Below, piece after piece: positions 24,714 through 38,880 of a DNA stretch of 64,000 nucleotides. The notes under the pieces are model-generated. The model had not been told where the DNA came from and made no database searches. It saw nothing but the letters and a program-made list of their open reading frames with translations. Every line of letters begins with the position of its first letter. Within the stretch, counting starts at the first letter, position 1. The stretch is from Octopus vulgaris (lineage: Eukaryota). Location: contig OX597831.1 of the NCBI GenBank assembly GCA_951406725.2, forward strand, positions 62,248,001 to 62,312,000, given 5' to 3'. The translations under genes were made by a program, and so were the position numbers.

Positions 24714-24849
24714 GAGAGAGAGAGAAAGAAAGAAAATATATAGATATAGATATAGAAATAAGCTGTATGTCTGGATTAAATTTGATGGTTTGCATAAAAG
24801 GAAAAGAATACCTAATTTCCTATCCAAAATAAACAATTGAAAACAATCC

Positions 24850-25240
24850 AAAATATCAACGAGTTATTTCACTAAGAGTAGTCGCCCCCACCTTCCTCAA
24901 CGGCCTCAAAACGCTGTGGATGTGTGAAGCATGTGTTCCTCTCCGACTCCCTGGGAAGATCTTAGAATTTTTTGATCATGGTCACCAGCTCATCCTAATT
25001 GTTTCAGGCAGAACAGCTTGTGTGTTCCTCAACTGCACCCCACACATAGTAATCCACGGGATTAACATCGAGGGAATATGGTCATCAGAAATTGTGTCTA
25101 GTGAAATCGGAGAAATTCACCGATGACCACTTCTGAAATTTTCCCGAGGTATGGCAAGATACCGAGCCTTGCTGCCACACATAGGACCTTCTAGCATTAA
25201 CCCACTCCAGCCAGGATTTGATTAGAATATATAGCAGCTT
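24850..25240 (-). mobile_element. Tc1/mariner-superfamily transposase C-terminal relic
   Basis: Minus strand YVWQQGSVSCHTS and PYSLDVNPVDYYVWGAVE resemble QQD.AP.H and SPDLNP.DY..WG. Confidence 0.7.
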
Positions 25241-25609
25241 TACAAAGTTGTCTGAAAAGCTCATCGGTCGTTGGATAATCGCCAGCGTGCGTACGCAGTG
25301 AAACCGCCAGCTGTATCTCTTCCTGCTTTCCACGGCTTTCCAGGTCACGTCTTCCAACCTTTGCAGTATTTACAGATCATTGAGTAGCATTGAGTAGCAT
25401 TTTGACCCCTGATGTGAATCAGTGTGATAGAGGTAACAATTTTCCGATATTGTATTAGCTTCTACTTCTCAATGTCAGGTAACTTTTTCACAATAAGAAC
25501 ACGAATCTTTATGTTCCCCAACGCCGCAGATTGTTCAATAGATCAAGCTGTTCCTTGAAAAGGGTAACATAAGTATTTTCATAGTTAGCTCTTGCCTCCT
25601 GTAAACACG

Positions 25610-25688
<79 letters not shown>

Positions 25689-26753
25689 GCACGTATGCAT
25701 GTATGCATATGTATCTATCTATCTGTCTATTTGTGTGTATGTATGTATGTATGTATGTGTACACATACACCCCCATATTTATATATATATCAAACTGTTA
25801 CCAATCACCGATTAAGAAAAAAAAGAATCTGTTGACTTGGGGGCTTACATATTTTCCCATATTTTTCGTTCCTCTCCTTTGAACACTTTCTTTGGAAATG
25901 TTGATCCATTTTTTCTGTAGCATGGCTTCGTAATTGAATTTGTTTGAATTTGTATTGATATTTTTATCTCCATTTATTTATTTATTCATTTATTTATTTT
26001 GCCACTTATTCCTCTGGATTACTTCACCGATGCAGACAAGCTACTAAATTCCTTTGATACAGAATTTGATATTTCATAATATTCAATCACCGAATGAACT
26101 TGCCTCAACCTTACCAGATAACCTCTTTGTATTACTCTTGCTACAATACATCTAGCATGATGGAAACACACCATCGAATTTGTATTGCATTTAGTTACTA
26201 ACATGCTTAGGAACATTTAGTTGGAGTCGTCCTATTTGGTTAGAGTCAGTCTACCTAAATATTTCCTGCATATTTTATTCAATCTTACATAAATAAACTG
26301 AACAAGTCTAGCAAGTCATAATACAGTATATAGTCATATTTTTCTGACATGTCCTTATTCTACCAAATATGTAGATCCATATACTAAGTATATTGTAGAA
26401 TAAATGGTAAGATTGTCAAAGATGAAATCAATTTAACATCATTTCTTCTGCTAATGATATCTTCCCATGATATTAAATTTCGGAATTTTCGTTTGCTATC
26501 TGTTTTGATTAGTATTAAGCAATGAGCACATGGCAGTCAATTAATCTTCATAAATGAAATTTATTTCTCATTATATTATATTCGCAATTCCTATCTGTTG
26601 GCATTGATGATGACACTGCTGGTGTGATTTCCGTCGTTGATCCTTAAATGTTTACTCCAGCTAATGTGTCTAAAGCAAAGTTGCTTGTCAAAGATACCAC
26701 ATATTATTCCATTTCATCAGTCTTATTTTGTATCCATTTTTTTTCTGAGATCA

Positions 26754-27163
26754 TACTCTTTTACTATTTCACTTGTTTCAGTCATTTGACTGCGGCCATG
26801 CTGGAGCACCGCCTTTAATCGAGCAACTCGACCCCTGGACTTATTCTTTTGTAAGCCCAGTACTTATTCTATCGGTCTCTTTTGCCGAACCGCTAAGTAA
26901 CGGGGACGTAAACACGCCAGCATCGGTTACCAAGCAATGCTAGGGGGACAAACACAGACACACAAACATACACGCACACACACATATATATACATATATA
27001 CGACAGGCTTCTTTCAGTTTCAGTCTACCAAATCCACTCACAAGGCATTGGTCGGCCCGGGGCTATAGCAGAAGACACTTGTCCAAGGTGCCACGCAGTG
27101 GGACTGAACCCGGAACCATGTGGTTGGTGAGCAAGCTACTTACCACACAGCCACTGTTGCGCC
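26754..27163 (-). mobile_element. SINE family A, full length
   Basis: Complete reverse-complement match to 36257-36650. Confidence 0.92.
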
Positions 27164-27487
27164 TTTTACCTTTATAACAGAACTCTTTGTTTATACAATT
27201 TTTCTCTCTGCTTGAATGCTTGAAGTGGCTAGAAGCTGTATCGGTTCAGGTTATGAAAACAAATTACTGCGATTAATTATTGAGAGACACCTTTCTTAGG
27301 AAATCTGTTAGAATTAAATATATTTGTTATGTCGATAGACAAACTCTAATCAGCATTTGTTAAACGAATGATATTTCATAATTTTTGTAAATACATTTAA
27401 CGACTAATATTTAATAATTTTACTAAATACAATGCTACAGTAGTATGTACAGCGACTCATATACCAGCGTGTCACATATCAGTTAAC

Positions 27488-27750
27488 ATGGGGTAGAAAG
27501 GGCTCCTTAGCCGTAGTGAAGGCAATCTATCTAGGGAGATAACCTTACAATAAATCACTGGGTCCGTAGCTTAGAAATACTGGGTTGACGTCCAGCGGGA
27601 ACAGCTTTGTTTCATGGAGGAGGAAAGATCTTCTTTAGTACTTGGTTGTACAATGCTTTCCAATGTGTGTAGTAGTGGCGCGCGCACACATTATTAGCCA
27701 TTTGAAAAGACTATGAAAGTCTCGACCACGGTCGAACAATGATGATGATG
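27488..27750 (+). mobile_element. 263-bp retroposed element with (GAT)n tail and 10-bp TSD, RTE-like
   Basis: TSD atcagttaac at 27478-27487 and 27751-27760; terminal hairpin tcgacc-ac-ggtcga before (GAT)4. Confidence 0.6.
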
Positions 27751-29269
27751 ATCAGTTAACCCAGAAACAGCTATGTGAATGCCATGTTAGTACTCAAAAT
27801 CGACCCTTCGGGTAGGATATTATTAGAGATATATAACAGCAAATCTTTTTTTTTATTTGCAAAAAAAAAAAGAAGAATGCTTCGGTAATTCGGACACACA
27901 ACGTTGACTTCTTGTACGCTGCACAGAATTACAGACAACGCAAGACTTTTCTTTTTGCATTAAAAACATCACCTGCATAGGATGGGGATAAGAAAGATTT
28001 GATAGTTGGGGCAAGAAAACATTTATTGTTTTAAGCACAAAACACATGTTCCTAAAGCAAACTATTAACGATAGAATTAAAATGATTGAGTTACTTCTAT
28101 TTATTTGTCGACACCTGAGACTGATATTCAGTTATATAGAAGGTAACACTCATATCGACGTAAGTTAACACCTTAATGTGTTAACACCATATGTTATTTA
28201 CAGGGATGTTCATACCATGTTTTAATAATAACGTATTAACTTGAATACGACAGCGCCCTATAATAAAAGAATATGGACATAATTAGCAAATGTGTTATCA
28301 TTTGAAATATACCATCCGTGTGATGTAAATTAAGTCTTTGTTGCTTCTGACGTAGCTTTGACATATATGATCTATACTAATAGATTTATAGATATCTCAT
28401 GTATATTTTCTTGTTATCATGTATTTTCTTAAATATATTTGTATATGTGTATGTGGGCGATTATATGTGAGAATGTACGCGTAAGTTTACACGCACAAAC
28501 ACACGCGAGCGCGCACATATATGTGTCTCTTAATATATAAATAATTTTGTGTAGGATTCAGGATTTGCATAGATAATATATGAAGCCTATTCATTTATGA
28601 GATAATATAATCTTGAAACTTGAAAAACCTCTAGTGAAATACGGACATATATGTTGCTTAAAATTGCTGGAAATTGTCGTTAAGATAACAACTGAATTCA
28701 GAAACAATAGAAAGCAGAGCAGATAATACTTATATTTCTTTGATTTATCTCTTCACATTACCATATTTCATTCTGTTTCATTACCACATTTTATCGCTAT
28801 TAACGTCGTATATTGAAAAGTTAGAATTTGAATCAACCTAGATTAGAATTCAGTAGACAAAGTAGGCCGCGGTGGTTATAAATTAAGACGATAAAAATTG
28901 CATCTATATGGGCGCTTGGCATACTGGAAATAGCAGTCACATCTTCAAGCCATAATCTACTACCTCAGACTCATTGAACAGAAGGGATTATCATAGATGG
29001 AAAAAAATTGATAATAGTTCTATTCAATCGAAGCTGTGCTCGAAATAAATGATAACAAAATTAACATTCACAGTGCACAGATGACAAAAAAGTGTTTGTG
29101 TAGTTGTCTTTCAGACTACAAGGAGCAACGAATTTCCGCTTAATGAAACGTATCATTGAAAAAAATTAGGTACATTGGACAGTGTGTTCTTGATTTAGAA
29201 GAAAATGAGGGAAAAGAGCGGGTTGTTTTAACTTTAACCTGAGATATACTCAATTAAAAAAAATTGATT

Positions 29270-29693
29270 GGATCTTTTCGGTTTGAACGGCAGTTTTTCT
29301 AGCGGTGTCATATGAAACTGTCACCCATAATTATGACCCTAGTATCGATCTATTGCATTTTAATCTCTTTTAGGGTTAGGGTTAGGGCTAGGGGTGGGGG
29401 GAAGGGTATCTTTTTTTTTCTTCACAAATTTAAATAAACCCAATCTGATTCTTAAACGAGGGACATATTCATACGGCACAGAATATTTTCACCTCAATAG
29501 ACGTCATTGATTGGTTGAAATTGAAGACATTGAAGAATAAAACAACAAATATCTTACAAACTATAGACTTTCCTCAATTAAGCCAAGAGAAAAATATGTT
29601 TTATAAACACATTCTACCAGTATACGAAGTTTAAAAGGTGTTTAGTTACTTGGAAATTATTTTAAAAAACTGCCGGTCAAACCGAAAAGATCC
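29270..29693 (+). mobile_element. MITE with ~29-bp TIR (GGATCTTTTCGGTTTGAACGGCAGTTTTT), 8-bp TSD and internal TTAGGG repeats
   Basis: TIRs at both ends; flanks aattgatt / aattgatc (7 of 8). Confidence 0.9.
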
Positions 29694-32600
29694 AATTGAT
29701 CGACTAAATAACAAGCAACATCAATACTGCATTTGATTTAGTAATTGACCAACAACAGAATATCCATGTATCTTTATTTGTGTAGTATACTTATATTTAG
29801 AAACAGTGTCAGTTCCTTAGAACATAGACAGAGATATAGCCTTGAAATTACAAAAAAAAGTACTTTGTAAATACGTTGGTCCATGTTCGACACAACTGAG
29901 CCGGGCAAGTATATTATCGTCATTGTCGTTGTCGTCGTCGTCGTCGTGGTTGTTGCCGTCATCATCGTCATCATCATGATTATTACTTAACGTGCATCGT
30001 CCGCGCTGGCATGGGTTGGACGGTTTAACAGGATCTGGTATGCAACTGCGTCGCAGCGTGTCGACATTGGCGTGCTTTCATACAGCTTAATGCCTCTCCT
30101 ATCCCCCTATGAATGTATGCATGCATGTATGTGTATGTGTTTGTGTGTGTTTGTGTGTGTTTGGGGAGAGGTGTGTATGTGTTTTTTGTGGGGAAGAAAG
30201 GTGAGGTGTCTTTACACGCTCTGCTGAAAAACTTATACGATTAAAGTTATTGATACAATGTATTCCATGCTAAAGTAAGTACAGATATAAGTAGTAATGA
30301 CTAAAATAGTAATAAGTGGTGTTTCAGCATTGCCCTTGTTTCGCAAGTGAAAGCAGTAAATTCTGAATGTATCGAGATTTGGGAACACTCGCTTAAGTCG
30401 ACAATTGTACTGGACTCTAGCTTTATTTTGTCGATCTTGGTAAGACCAGTCGCAGAACGAGCTACGAGAATAAGAATATACTGTATAAAGAGTAATAGTA
30501 ATATAGACTCAGAACTACATATTAGGCAAATACCTTGATGGATTGTACTAATTAAAGCATTGAGAGTATGTTTTAACTACCTCGAATGGCAAAGTGAATC
30601 TGAGTACTACTTTGAGTACTACTTTGCTAGTGAGCCTTCATGTGTAATATTTGAAGATGGATTTGATTTTAGTGAGCGTTCACAAGACCAAGAATCAGAG
30701 AATAGGGATGCCCAGATGTGACATCACGTTAGAGTCACACAGTAGATATTAATATGAGGCGGAAGATTGCAATCATTGTGGTCCTGGTGATTATAAAGGC
30801 GGCTCACTATTTCTGCAGATTTCATTTATATGACTTTACCATAGTGTAATCAGAATAGTGAATTTATAACACTTGATAGCATAAAATCAAAGACCCAGTT
30901 TCCATAAACGCAAGTAATTACATGGCATTTTGAATAATAATAAGCCTCCCAGTAAAGCCCTGCTGATAAAACGCTGGTCAATTATTTGTTAGGAATACAA
31001 AAACGCTGCCCAACATAATTTAACCCGTGCCTTTGTAGATGGTCAATGAAGGGTAATATTCTGGAGATCAGTTTATAGATTACCTGCAGGCAGATGATGC
31101 AGATTTAATTAGATGGATCAATGGTTGATCTTTTGTTGGCGATTCAATGTTGTCATGCAATAAAAGCTTCTTCAATGTTATTTTAGAGCTTCTTAAAGTT
31201 TGACATTATGCAGCTGTGCATGCTGGAAGAAATAAAATCTAATACTTTAGAATTTTATTAATGACAATACTTTCCGGATTCTCAGAATTATTTAGGATAA
31301 GTTTCGTTTGTATTGCTTTCGAAATATGCGATTCCATATTCTGATGTTCTCGACGCCAGATCCGTTGTAATCTCAAAGAAGAAAACAGCAGCAACTATAA
31401 TACAGGTGTAAGATGAAGACAAAAAGGCAAGCGGAAATCTTACTGAGTGTTGGGATATATTAGGGACCATGGGCAATTTAAAAACACCCGAGAAGGGGAT
31501 CATCGAGTGACTTCGTACCCAAAACAAAAAGAGCGAGAGCGTGTAAAAATATCGATGTAACCCCTAAATCCCAAAAGTCTGTAGACACCAAGCTGAATAA
31601 CTTTGAAAACAGGGCGCCAAGACTCGTAAGCAAAGCGGCAAACCAACAATTTCAGCAATCGCTGAACAACACAAACAACAGCAACAGCACATAAACTAAC
31701 TACAGTAACACCAAGGATTGAAACAGCATTCTCAGCAACAACGAGAGACACTACAAAATTCGCTAGGGAAGAAACTTACGCAAAAGCCACTACAACGACG
31801 ACAACAACTATATCAGTCACAAGGACGATTAGAGCAACATCTCACGGACGAGCCTCATTACACTGTTGTACGGAAGGAAAACAAGGAATTGATGAGTTGG
31901 TAGAGTTTTATATAAAGACACAATTTTGACAACAACTGAAGGTCTTAAGGTTGTAACCATTTCCAAAACCCCACAAGGATGGGTTCTGATATGTACAGCT
32001 CCTACCATGTATTGTATTTTGATTAAACGTTTGCTACAGGATGTTAGATTTTTCAAAAACTTACTAGATAAAAGGATAGTGAAAGGCCCCGCAAAAGAAC
32101 CAAACCAACACTAGGTTAAGTGGCTGTACCTACTTTCGTTTGTCTCCCTCCTCCTGGTTTGATTGCAGCGTGGAAGCAGAATCACTTGCTTAACGATCTT
32201 AGGTCACTTCGTCTGGGTGCAACAGCCATTAGTGAAACTAGAATTTCCGAAACAATGATTTACTCTATGTCTGGACGACAAAAAAGTTTGTCTCCTCTGG
32301 ACCAAATAGTGTTGCTATGCGGTTTAAGAAAGGCCTTGGTGTGATAGTAAGTACGGTTTCCCTAGACCTCGCTGGTGTGTTGTAGGTCTTGAATGTAAGC
32401 AACACGGAAGGTAACGGTGGAGCCTCCAGTAGTGAGGTGATGATATTGCAATATCCTTAGAGCAAAGATCAAAATACTTCGTTGCACTTTTTACATGCAT
32501 TAAATCACTAAATTCACATCTTGCGAAAGTCAAGTTTGCACTCCGTGTTCCGGGATCGATGAAATATAGTGTCACTCAAATACTATCGATGATATCGAAT

Positions 32601-32944
32601 AGACCCTTCCTCGTAAAAGTGTTCTCCTGCCACAATACAAAATCACAACAAAGTATCGAGCAGGCGGAATTGTGAGCGTGGCGAACAAGGTGTTAACTGG
32701 AATTGCTTCCAGATTTTTTACTCACTATTTCAGTTCAAGTACCATTCTGTTTGTTTTTGCATTTCACAGCTATGATACCCAAAAGACATCCGGATTAATC
32801 ACAAGCAACTAAATCAAGTATATCAAAACTATTGCAACAACAACTAGTACATCAACCAGAATGTGCTTCGTTACCACCACACGATTTCATTTAACAATCA
32901 TTGACGTAGACACACAGAATATATTTTTTAAAAAATGTATCCAA

Positions 32945-33143
32945 ATATTGGCACAAGGCTAAAACTTTCTGCCGAGGTGCTATTTGATTATATCGAATCC
33001 ATTGCTCAACATGATACTTATTTTATTGACCTCGAAAGACAAAACTCAACCTCGGGAGAATTTGAACTCAGAACGTAAAACCTGGCGAAATGCACTTATG
33101 AATTTCGAATGGCGTACTAACGATTGTGCTAGCTCGCCGCTTT
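32945..33143 (-). mobile_element. Degenerate SINE family C
   Basis: ttggcacaagg..tacttattttattgacc.cgaaag..gaatttgaactcagaacgtaa..gctagctcgccgc. Confidence 0.7.
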
Positions 33144-33727
33144 AGTGCTCCGATTTATGTTGTTATTATTTTCACTTTGTAACCCATCAATCTCTTTATG
33201 TCTATTTAAGGAGAATTGTTTTTTGATAGCTTTGTGGATAGCTATGCATGGCGTAATAGGCAGATCCCTGTAAAATACAAGAAGAGATTAAGAAAGAGAA
33301 GAGGATTGAATTAAATGTTAGATGGTAAACGGTATATTTTGCAGATTGCATTAGAATGCATGGTATTTGTTTGTAAAATAAATAAATCTTATTTTATTTA
33401 GTCACAAAATTTTATTTTCCGATTACAAATCAAACCATGTCAACTAAGATTTTTCTTCTTATTGTGAATTCAGGAAATAACTGCCTGTGGAGTACCAAGT
33501 TGTTCTAATCGATTAATTTCCCCACAGCTGGAAACCTGTCATTGTCTTTTTCTTGAAAATCTTTATAAATACGGACACTTTTCAAGATTAAATGTTTAAT
33601 TACTCTTGACTAAATACATTTTGGGGAAAAGGATTGGGTATGGTTAAAATATCGAAAGTCAATTGTAAGTTATGTTCTATGATATTGAGTTTTTAAGCCA
33701 ATTTTTATATGCTGTGTTTAAGGGAAA

Positions 33728-33980
33728 CCTTACCGTGACGGATATGCTATTCGTTTCATCTTCCTCTACGTCCTTCCCTCCAGTCTTACCGCAGTCAACT
33801 TTACTATTTGCTTTATTTTCCTCTATATCCTTCCTTCAAATCCTACTGCAGTCAACTTAGCTATTCGCTTTATCCTCCTCTATATCATTCTCTCAAATCT
33901 TATCGCAGTCATCTTTGCTATTCCCTTTATCTCCCTCTATACATTTCCCTCAAATCTTACCACAGTAAATATTGCTTCTT
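33728..33980. repeat. Diverged 57-bp minisatellite, about 4.5 units
   Basis: The (g/a)cagt anchor recurs at 33791, 33848, 33905 and 33962. Confidence 0.85.
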
Positions 33981-35011
33981 ATACTTCTACAATCAAGAGA
34001 AATAAATCCTTAATAAATTACAGGGAATAGATTTAAATCTGTGGGCTCAATTTTACATTTCACATCTTGTTTAGTAGTTTGTAGTCATTTAACTTACGGC
34101 CTCGATTCAAACCCCACTTGGACTGATTTAATTTTCCTCTTTCACCGATCAATAAAACAGTACTTGTTGACATTAATTGCACAACACTTCCTCAACGGTT
34201 TTGACCTCAGGCAGAATTTACAAATGACTATTATAAAATATCGGCAAATTTTATAATGAATTAATGAAACACTATTATGATAGTATAATTAGAGAATTTA
34301 TTAATGTAAGGTGTGTCCTTGATCATTCCTCTATTTAAAAAAAGAAATTTTTTGACGTTTTCTTGATTTCGTGTCTTCCAAATTTTCTTCATTTCTCCTT
34401 ATGTCTGCTCTTATTTAAAAGCATATAATATTAAAATGGAGATACTAGTGATTAATGAGTGAAACAAATTAAAACATTTCAAAATAATCAATATGTCAGA
34501 AATATAACAGAAATGTGTTTTAATCACATGTTACAGAAAAATGGGAGTGTTTTGAGTAGCAATTCAGATTTGATAAACCATAACAAAAAGAAAAAAAAAG
34601 ACACACAGACACACAAAAGCTAGCAACAACTTGAATGACATCATTCAAAAATATGAATCTGGAGAGTTTTAAAAGACCTTTTGTTTCAGTTGCTTGAAGT
34701 GTCATATGTCTATTGTCAAATCATTTATTTACTGCTGTATGAAGTTGTTTATAAGATGGCTGAATGGAAGTGTCACTAGGCCATTGGAAATTTTACCGTG
34801 CAAAATTTATTCACTCTATGTGACTTAAGTTCAAATATCCTTGTGTTCGGCTTTACCTTTTACTCCCTCAGTTTCGATAAATAAATTATCAGACCGGTTG
34901 ATTAGCGTAACTTTTAATGCATCAGACGGGAAGCTATGCTTTAACGCATCTTTTCCGGCTGTCCGCTCTCTGACGATGGCTCTAGCGAAAACATTATTGC
35001 CAAGATGTATC

Positions 35012-35245
35012 TGTTTCTTTACTACCCACAAGGGGCTAAACAAAGAGGGGACAAACAAGGAAAAACAAACTGATTAAGTCGATTATATCGACCCCAGTGC
35101 ATAACTGATACTTAATTTATCGACCCCGAAAGGATGAAAGGCAAAGTCGACCTCGGTGGAATTTGAACTCAGAACGTAACGGCAGACGAAATACAGCTAC
35201 GCATCTCGACCGACGTGCTAACGTTTCTACCAGCTCGCTGCCTTG
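35012..35245 (-). mobile_element. tRNA-derived SINE family C, full length, 10-bp TSD
   Basis: TSD aagatgtatc at 35002-35011 and 35246-35255; B-box-like GAGTTCAAATTCC on the minus strand; near-identical to 57272-57499. Confidence 0.9.
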
Positions 35246-35583
35246 AAGATGTATCGTGATGCACTTCCCCTTTGACAAAACTGCTGGCATAAAATGTGAA
35301 GATTTGCATGCTTGCAGAACAGCTGGTCGTCCATAGAGACTAAATCTTCTCAAAATATGCACCTTCGAGAGGGGTCTACCAAGTGTGAAACTATAACAAG
35401 TGGGAAAATTAACGAATCTATGAATACATTAGCTGGTTTTTGATGCACAAAAAAATTTCCGTATATAGCGGTAGAAATTTATGTCGTCTTATATTCTTGT
35501 GACACGTAATGGAAGTAGGTGGGTGGAGAGGTAAATACAAAAAAAATTAAGTGAGAGTCGGCCGAAATAATCTTGGTTATACC

Positions 35584-35740
35584 CAGGAGTGACTGCGTGG
35601 TAAGTAGCTTGCTTACCAACCACACGGTTCCAAGTTCAGTCCCACTGCGTGGCACCTTGGGCAAGTGTCTTCTACTATAGCCTCGACCAACCAAAGCCTT
35701 GTGAGTGGATTTGGTAGGCTGAAACTGAAAGAATCCCGTC

Positions 35741-35822
<82 letters not shown>

Positions 35823-36028
35823 ATGTATGTTTATGTGTCTGTGTTTGGCCCCCTAGCATTGCTTGGCAACCGATGCTGGTGTGTCCCCGTCCCTTAGCGG
35901 TTCGGCAAAAGAGCCCTATAGAATAAGTACTGGGCTTACAAAGAATAAGTCCCGGTGTCGAGTTGCTCGACTAAAGGCGGTGCTCCAGCAGGGCCGCAAT
36001 CTAATGACTGAAACAAGTAAAAGAGTAA
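35584..36028 (+). mobile_element. SINE family A
   Basis: Head, internal (AT)n(GT)n and tail all present. Confidence 0.92.
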
Positions 36029-36256
36029 TAAGATGATGTTCAGATTTTGATTACATTATCTTTGCGACAGATGATGAAATTTACTTTGCAAATTATGACA
36101 AGAATCTGAGTAGTCACGCACCGTTCGTCATCAAGTTCCATAGACATGCACTATTTGCAAACAATAGGCTTTCGTTGCATTAATTAAAAGATACTTAAAA
36201 ATGCTTCTAATGTGAACAGAAAGAGCAGGGTATAACGTCTAATTTTTTTTATTATA

Positions 36257-36650
36257 GGCGCAGGAGTGGCTGTGTGGTAAGTAGCTTGCTTACCAACCAC
36301 ATGGTTCCGGGTTCAGTCCCACTGCGTGGCACCTTGAGCAAGTGACTTCTACCATAGCCTCGGGCCGACCAAAGCCTTGTGAGTGGATGTGGTAGACGGA
36401 AACTGAAAGAAGTCCGTCGTATATATGTATATGTATATATATATATATGTGTGTGTCCCCACAGCATCGCTTGACAACCGATTGCTAGTGTGTTTACGTC
36501 CCTGTAACCTAGCGGTTCAGCAAAAGATACCGATAGAATAAGCACTGGGCTTACAAAGAATAAGTCCCGCAGTCGAGTTGCTCGACTAATGGCGGTGCTC
36601 CAGCATGGCCACAGTCAAATGACTGAAACGGGTAAAAGATTAAAAGAGAG
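36257..36650 (+). mobile_element. SINE family A
   Basis: Runs from ggcgcaggagtggctgtgtgg to cagtcaaatgactgaaac. Confidence 0.92.
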
Positions 36651-38691
36651 ATACCCTATCCACCAATATATATGTAAAAATCCACATACACCATAAATGG
36701 GGATTAACTTCGTACATGACCACCGACGTTTAGTGCTGATTTTCAGGAAACAATAGTATCCATATTAGAGTACGTATGGGTTCGGAATAACGCTGCACTG
36801 ACATGAAAATAGTTCATCCATATGCTGTTCCAAAAGAGGTGATAGGGTAGTACCACTAGCCTAACTCGGATGTTTTATCTCTATCTCACTCCCTACCTCC
36901 ACCTCTCTCTACCCGCCTCCCCCTCTCTTTCTTACTACCGACGTTGAAACAACTTCTGCTTTTTCTGCACTTATATGCTACACCCATTTTGTCCGGTCTA
37001 ATGCTACAAAGTTTCTTAGCTTCAATTTCTTTCTCTAATACATAAAATCTTCTCTAACAACTTGGGTAGTCATTTGTTCCGAAACATAAATATCTATGTG
37101 CGTAATTTCAAATGTAATATCAAGCGAGTCCACAAAGTGTATGTATGAAGGGCGAATCTTGATGTACTGAAACATGAAACAAAACTTATCACAATATAGA
37201 TCAACCACACATTTTGAACTATTGTTTGTATTAAATATATAATGAGTAGCGTACCCCGTAACCTATAGAGTTGTACGGAGAGAGACAAACCTCATATATC
37301 CTTTTCGCTTTGTTACGCGTACTATTGTTTACTAGCTAATCACAGTCTATCCATCTCTGTGATATATCCATTGAAGCTAAGCTCTGAACTGTAAATCAAC
37401 GAACGAATCTCATGTTTATTTTACAGTGGGGGCTCGATTTGACTGACCTACAGTCAGTTAAGAATGGGATAATTAAAACTTAATTACTTCGGATATATAG
37501 TGAGACTCTGATAGTACTCAGGTCGCATGGTGACCATTATCGTCGGTGTTGTCGTCATCACCACAACAACCACCACCACACTATCGTTCATTTTCTCCAC
37601 TTCTCCTTCCCCTCCTCCTCATTATTATTATCATTCTTGCTTTTTCTTTGTTCATCTTTTCTTTTTCTCTCGATCACTCTCTCAATAAACGTTTGCATGC
37701 CTGTTTTGCTATCAGCTCTAGCTTAAACAATTGTTTAGAGCTTGGAAATGATGTAGAAATGTAAACAAATAAATTAATATTTCACTAAATAGAAAATGCA
37801 TTGCTGGGGAGTATAAAAATATAGATAAATAATTTTGCGTTGTATAAATTATACCAATTTAAAAAAAACACATAACAGAGCCCAAGGACACCGTTAGGAT
37901 CAGTGTACGAGCAAATCCTCTTTGTTTGTTCAATAGAACCGATGGATATGAACTGAAATTAGTTCGGGTTTGGAAGAATTTCTTCCTACTCTCTTGGCAC
38001 GAATATTTTGCTGCAGGCAAAATGTTCCAGGTCTTTCGGCTAAGTTTCAAAAGGCAAAGAGAAATATCACTGTCTCTATCTCTCCCTCCCTACTTCTTTT
38101 TCTTTCTTTCGCTTTCTCATTTTCTGTTTCCCCTTCCTCCTATACTCCCCCATCTCTTTTACGAATGGCTTGGTCCAAGAATTTAGGAAGAATATTTGCC
38201 AAGGACATGCAATCAAACTATTTTACACTTCGCATACACATACATGTGCATACATACTTACAAACATAAATACATATATACATGTGTGTACCTATGTATT
38301 ATGGTATTATGTATAGGTAAGTATATACGCATGCGTGTGTAAATCTCCACTATTTACTCATTCTTTCTGGAACATGCATAACATGAACTGTTCGTACAAA
38401 ACAAAAATCATAATTACAAGCAGATATATCCCGGGAATATATATATGAATGTGTGTGTGCGTGTGTCTTTTGCCCGTGCGTGTATCTGTGTATGTGTGTG
38501 TGTGTGTGTGTGTGTGTCTGTATGAGTGTGTGCCACAATGTTGTCGTTGGACATTTTTGCCAATAGGTAATTACTTCTCCGTGGTAAACTGAAACACTGT
38601 TATGTCCCAAACATATTTGAACTGGCCTAACGTATGTTTATTTTCCAACACTATTTTATTTCTCTGCATCTCACATACGTTATAACATCTC

Positions 38692-38880
38692 CAAGGCGGC
38701 GAGCTGGCTGAATAATTAGCGCGCTTGACGAAACGCTTAGGGGTGTTTAGCCCGTTGCTACATTCATGTTTCAAATTACGCCATGGTCGACTTTGCCTTT
38801 CATCCTTTCGGAGTCGATGTTATTGACTATCACCCTACCAAAATTTCAGGCCTTGTGCCAATATTAGAAAGGGTTATAAT
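38692..38880 (+). mobile_element. SINE family C, diverged
   Basis: aaggcggcgagctggc...ggtcgactttgcctttcatcctttcggagtcgat...ggccttgtgcc. Confidence 0.75.

Noticed and set aside
29359-29406. True telomere or chromosome fusion scar
   Set aside because: Only about four units, and they lie inside a MITE.
31500-32300. Possible LINE ORF1/APE remnant (LLNDLRSL...AISETR)
   Set aside because: Single short motif with no downstream RT.
33728-33980. Regularly spaced repeat as a possible CRISPR-like array
   Set aside because: The whole 57-bp unit is repeated with no unique spacers; eukaryotic context; ordinary minisatellite.
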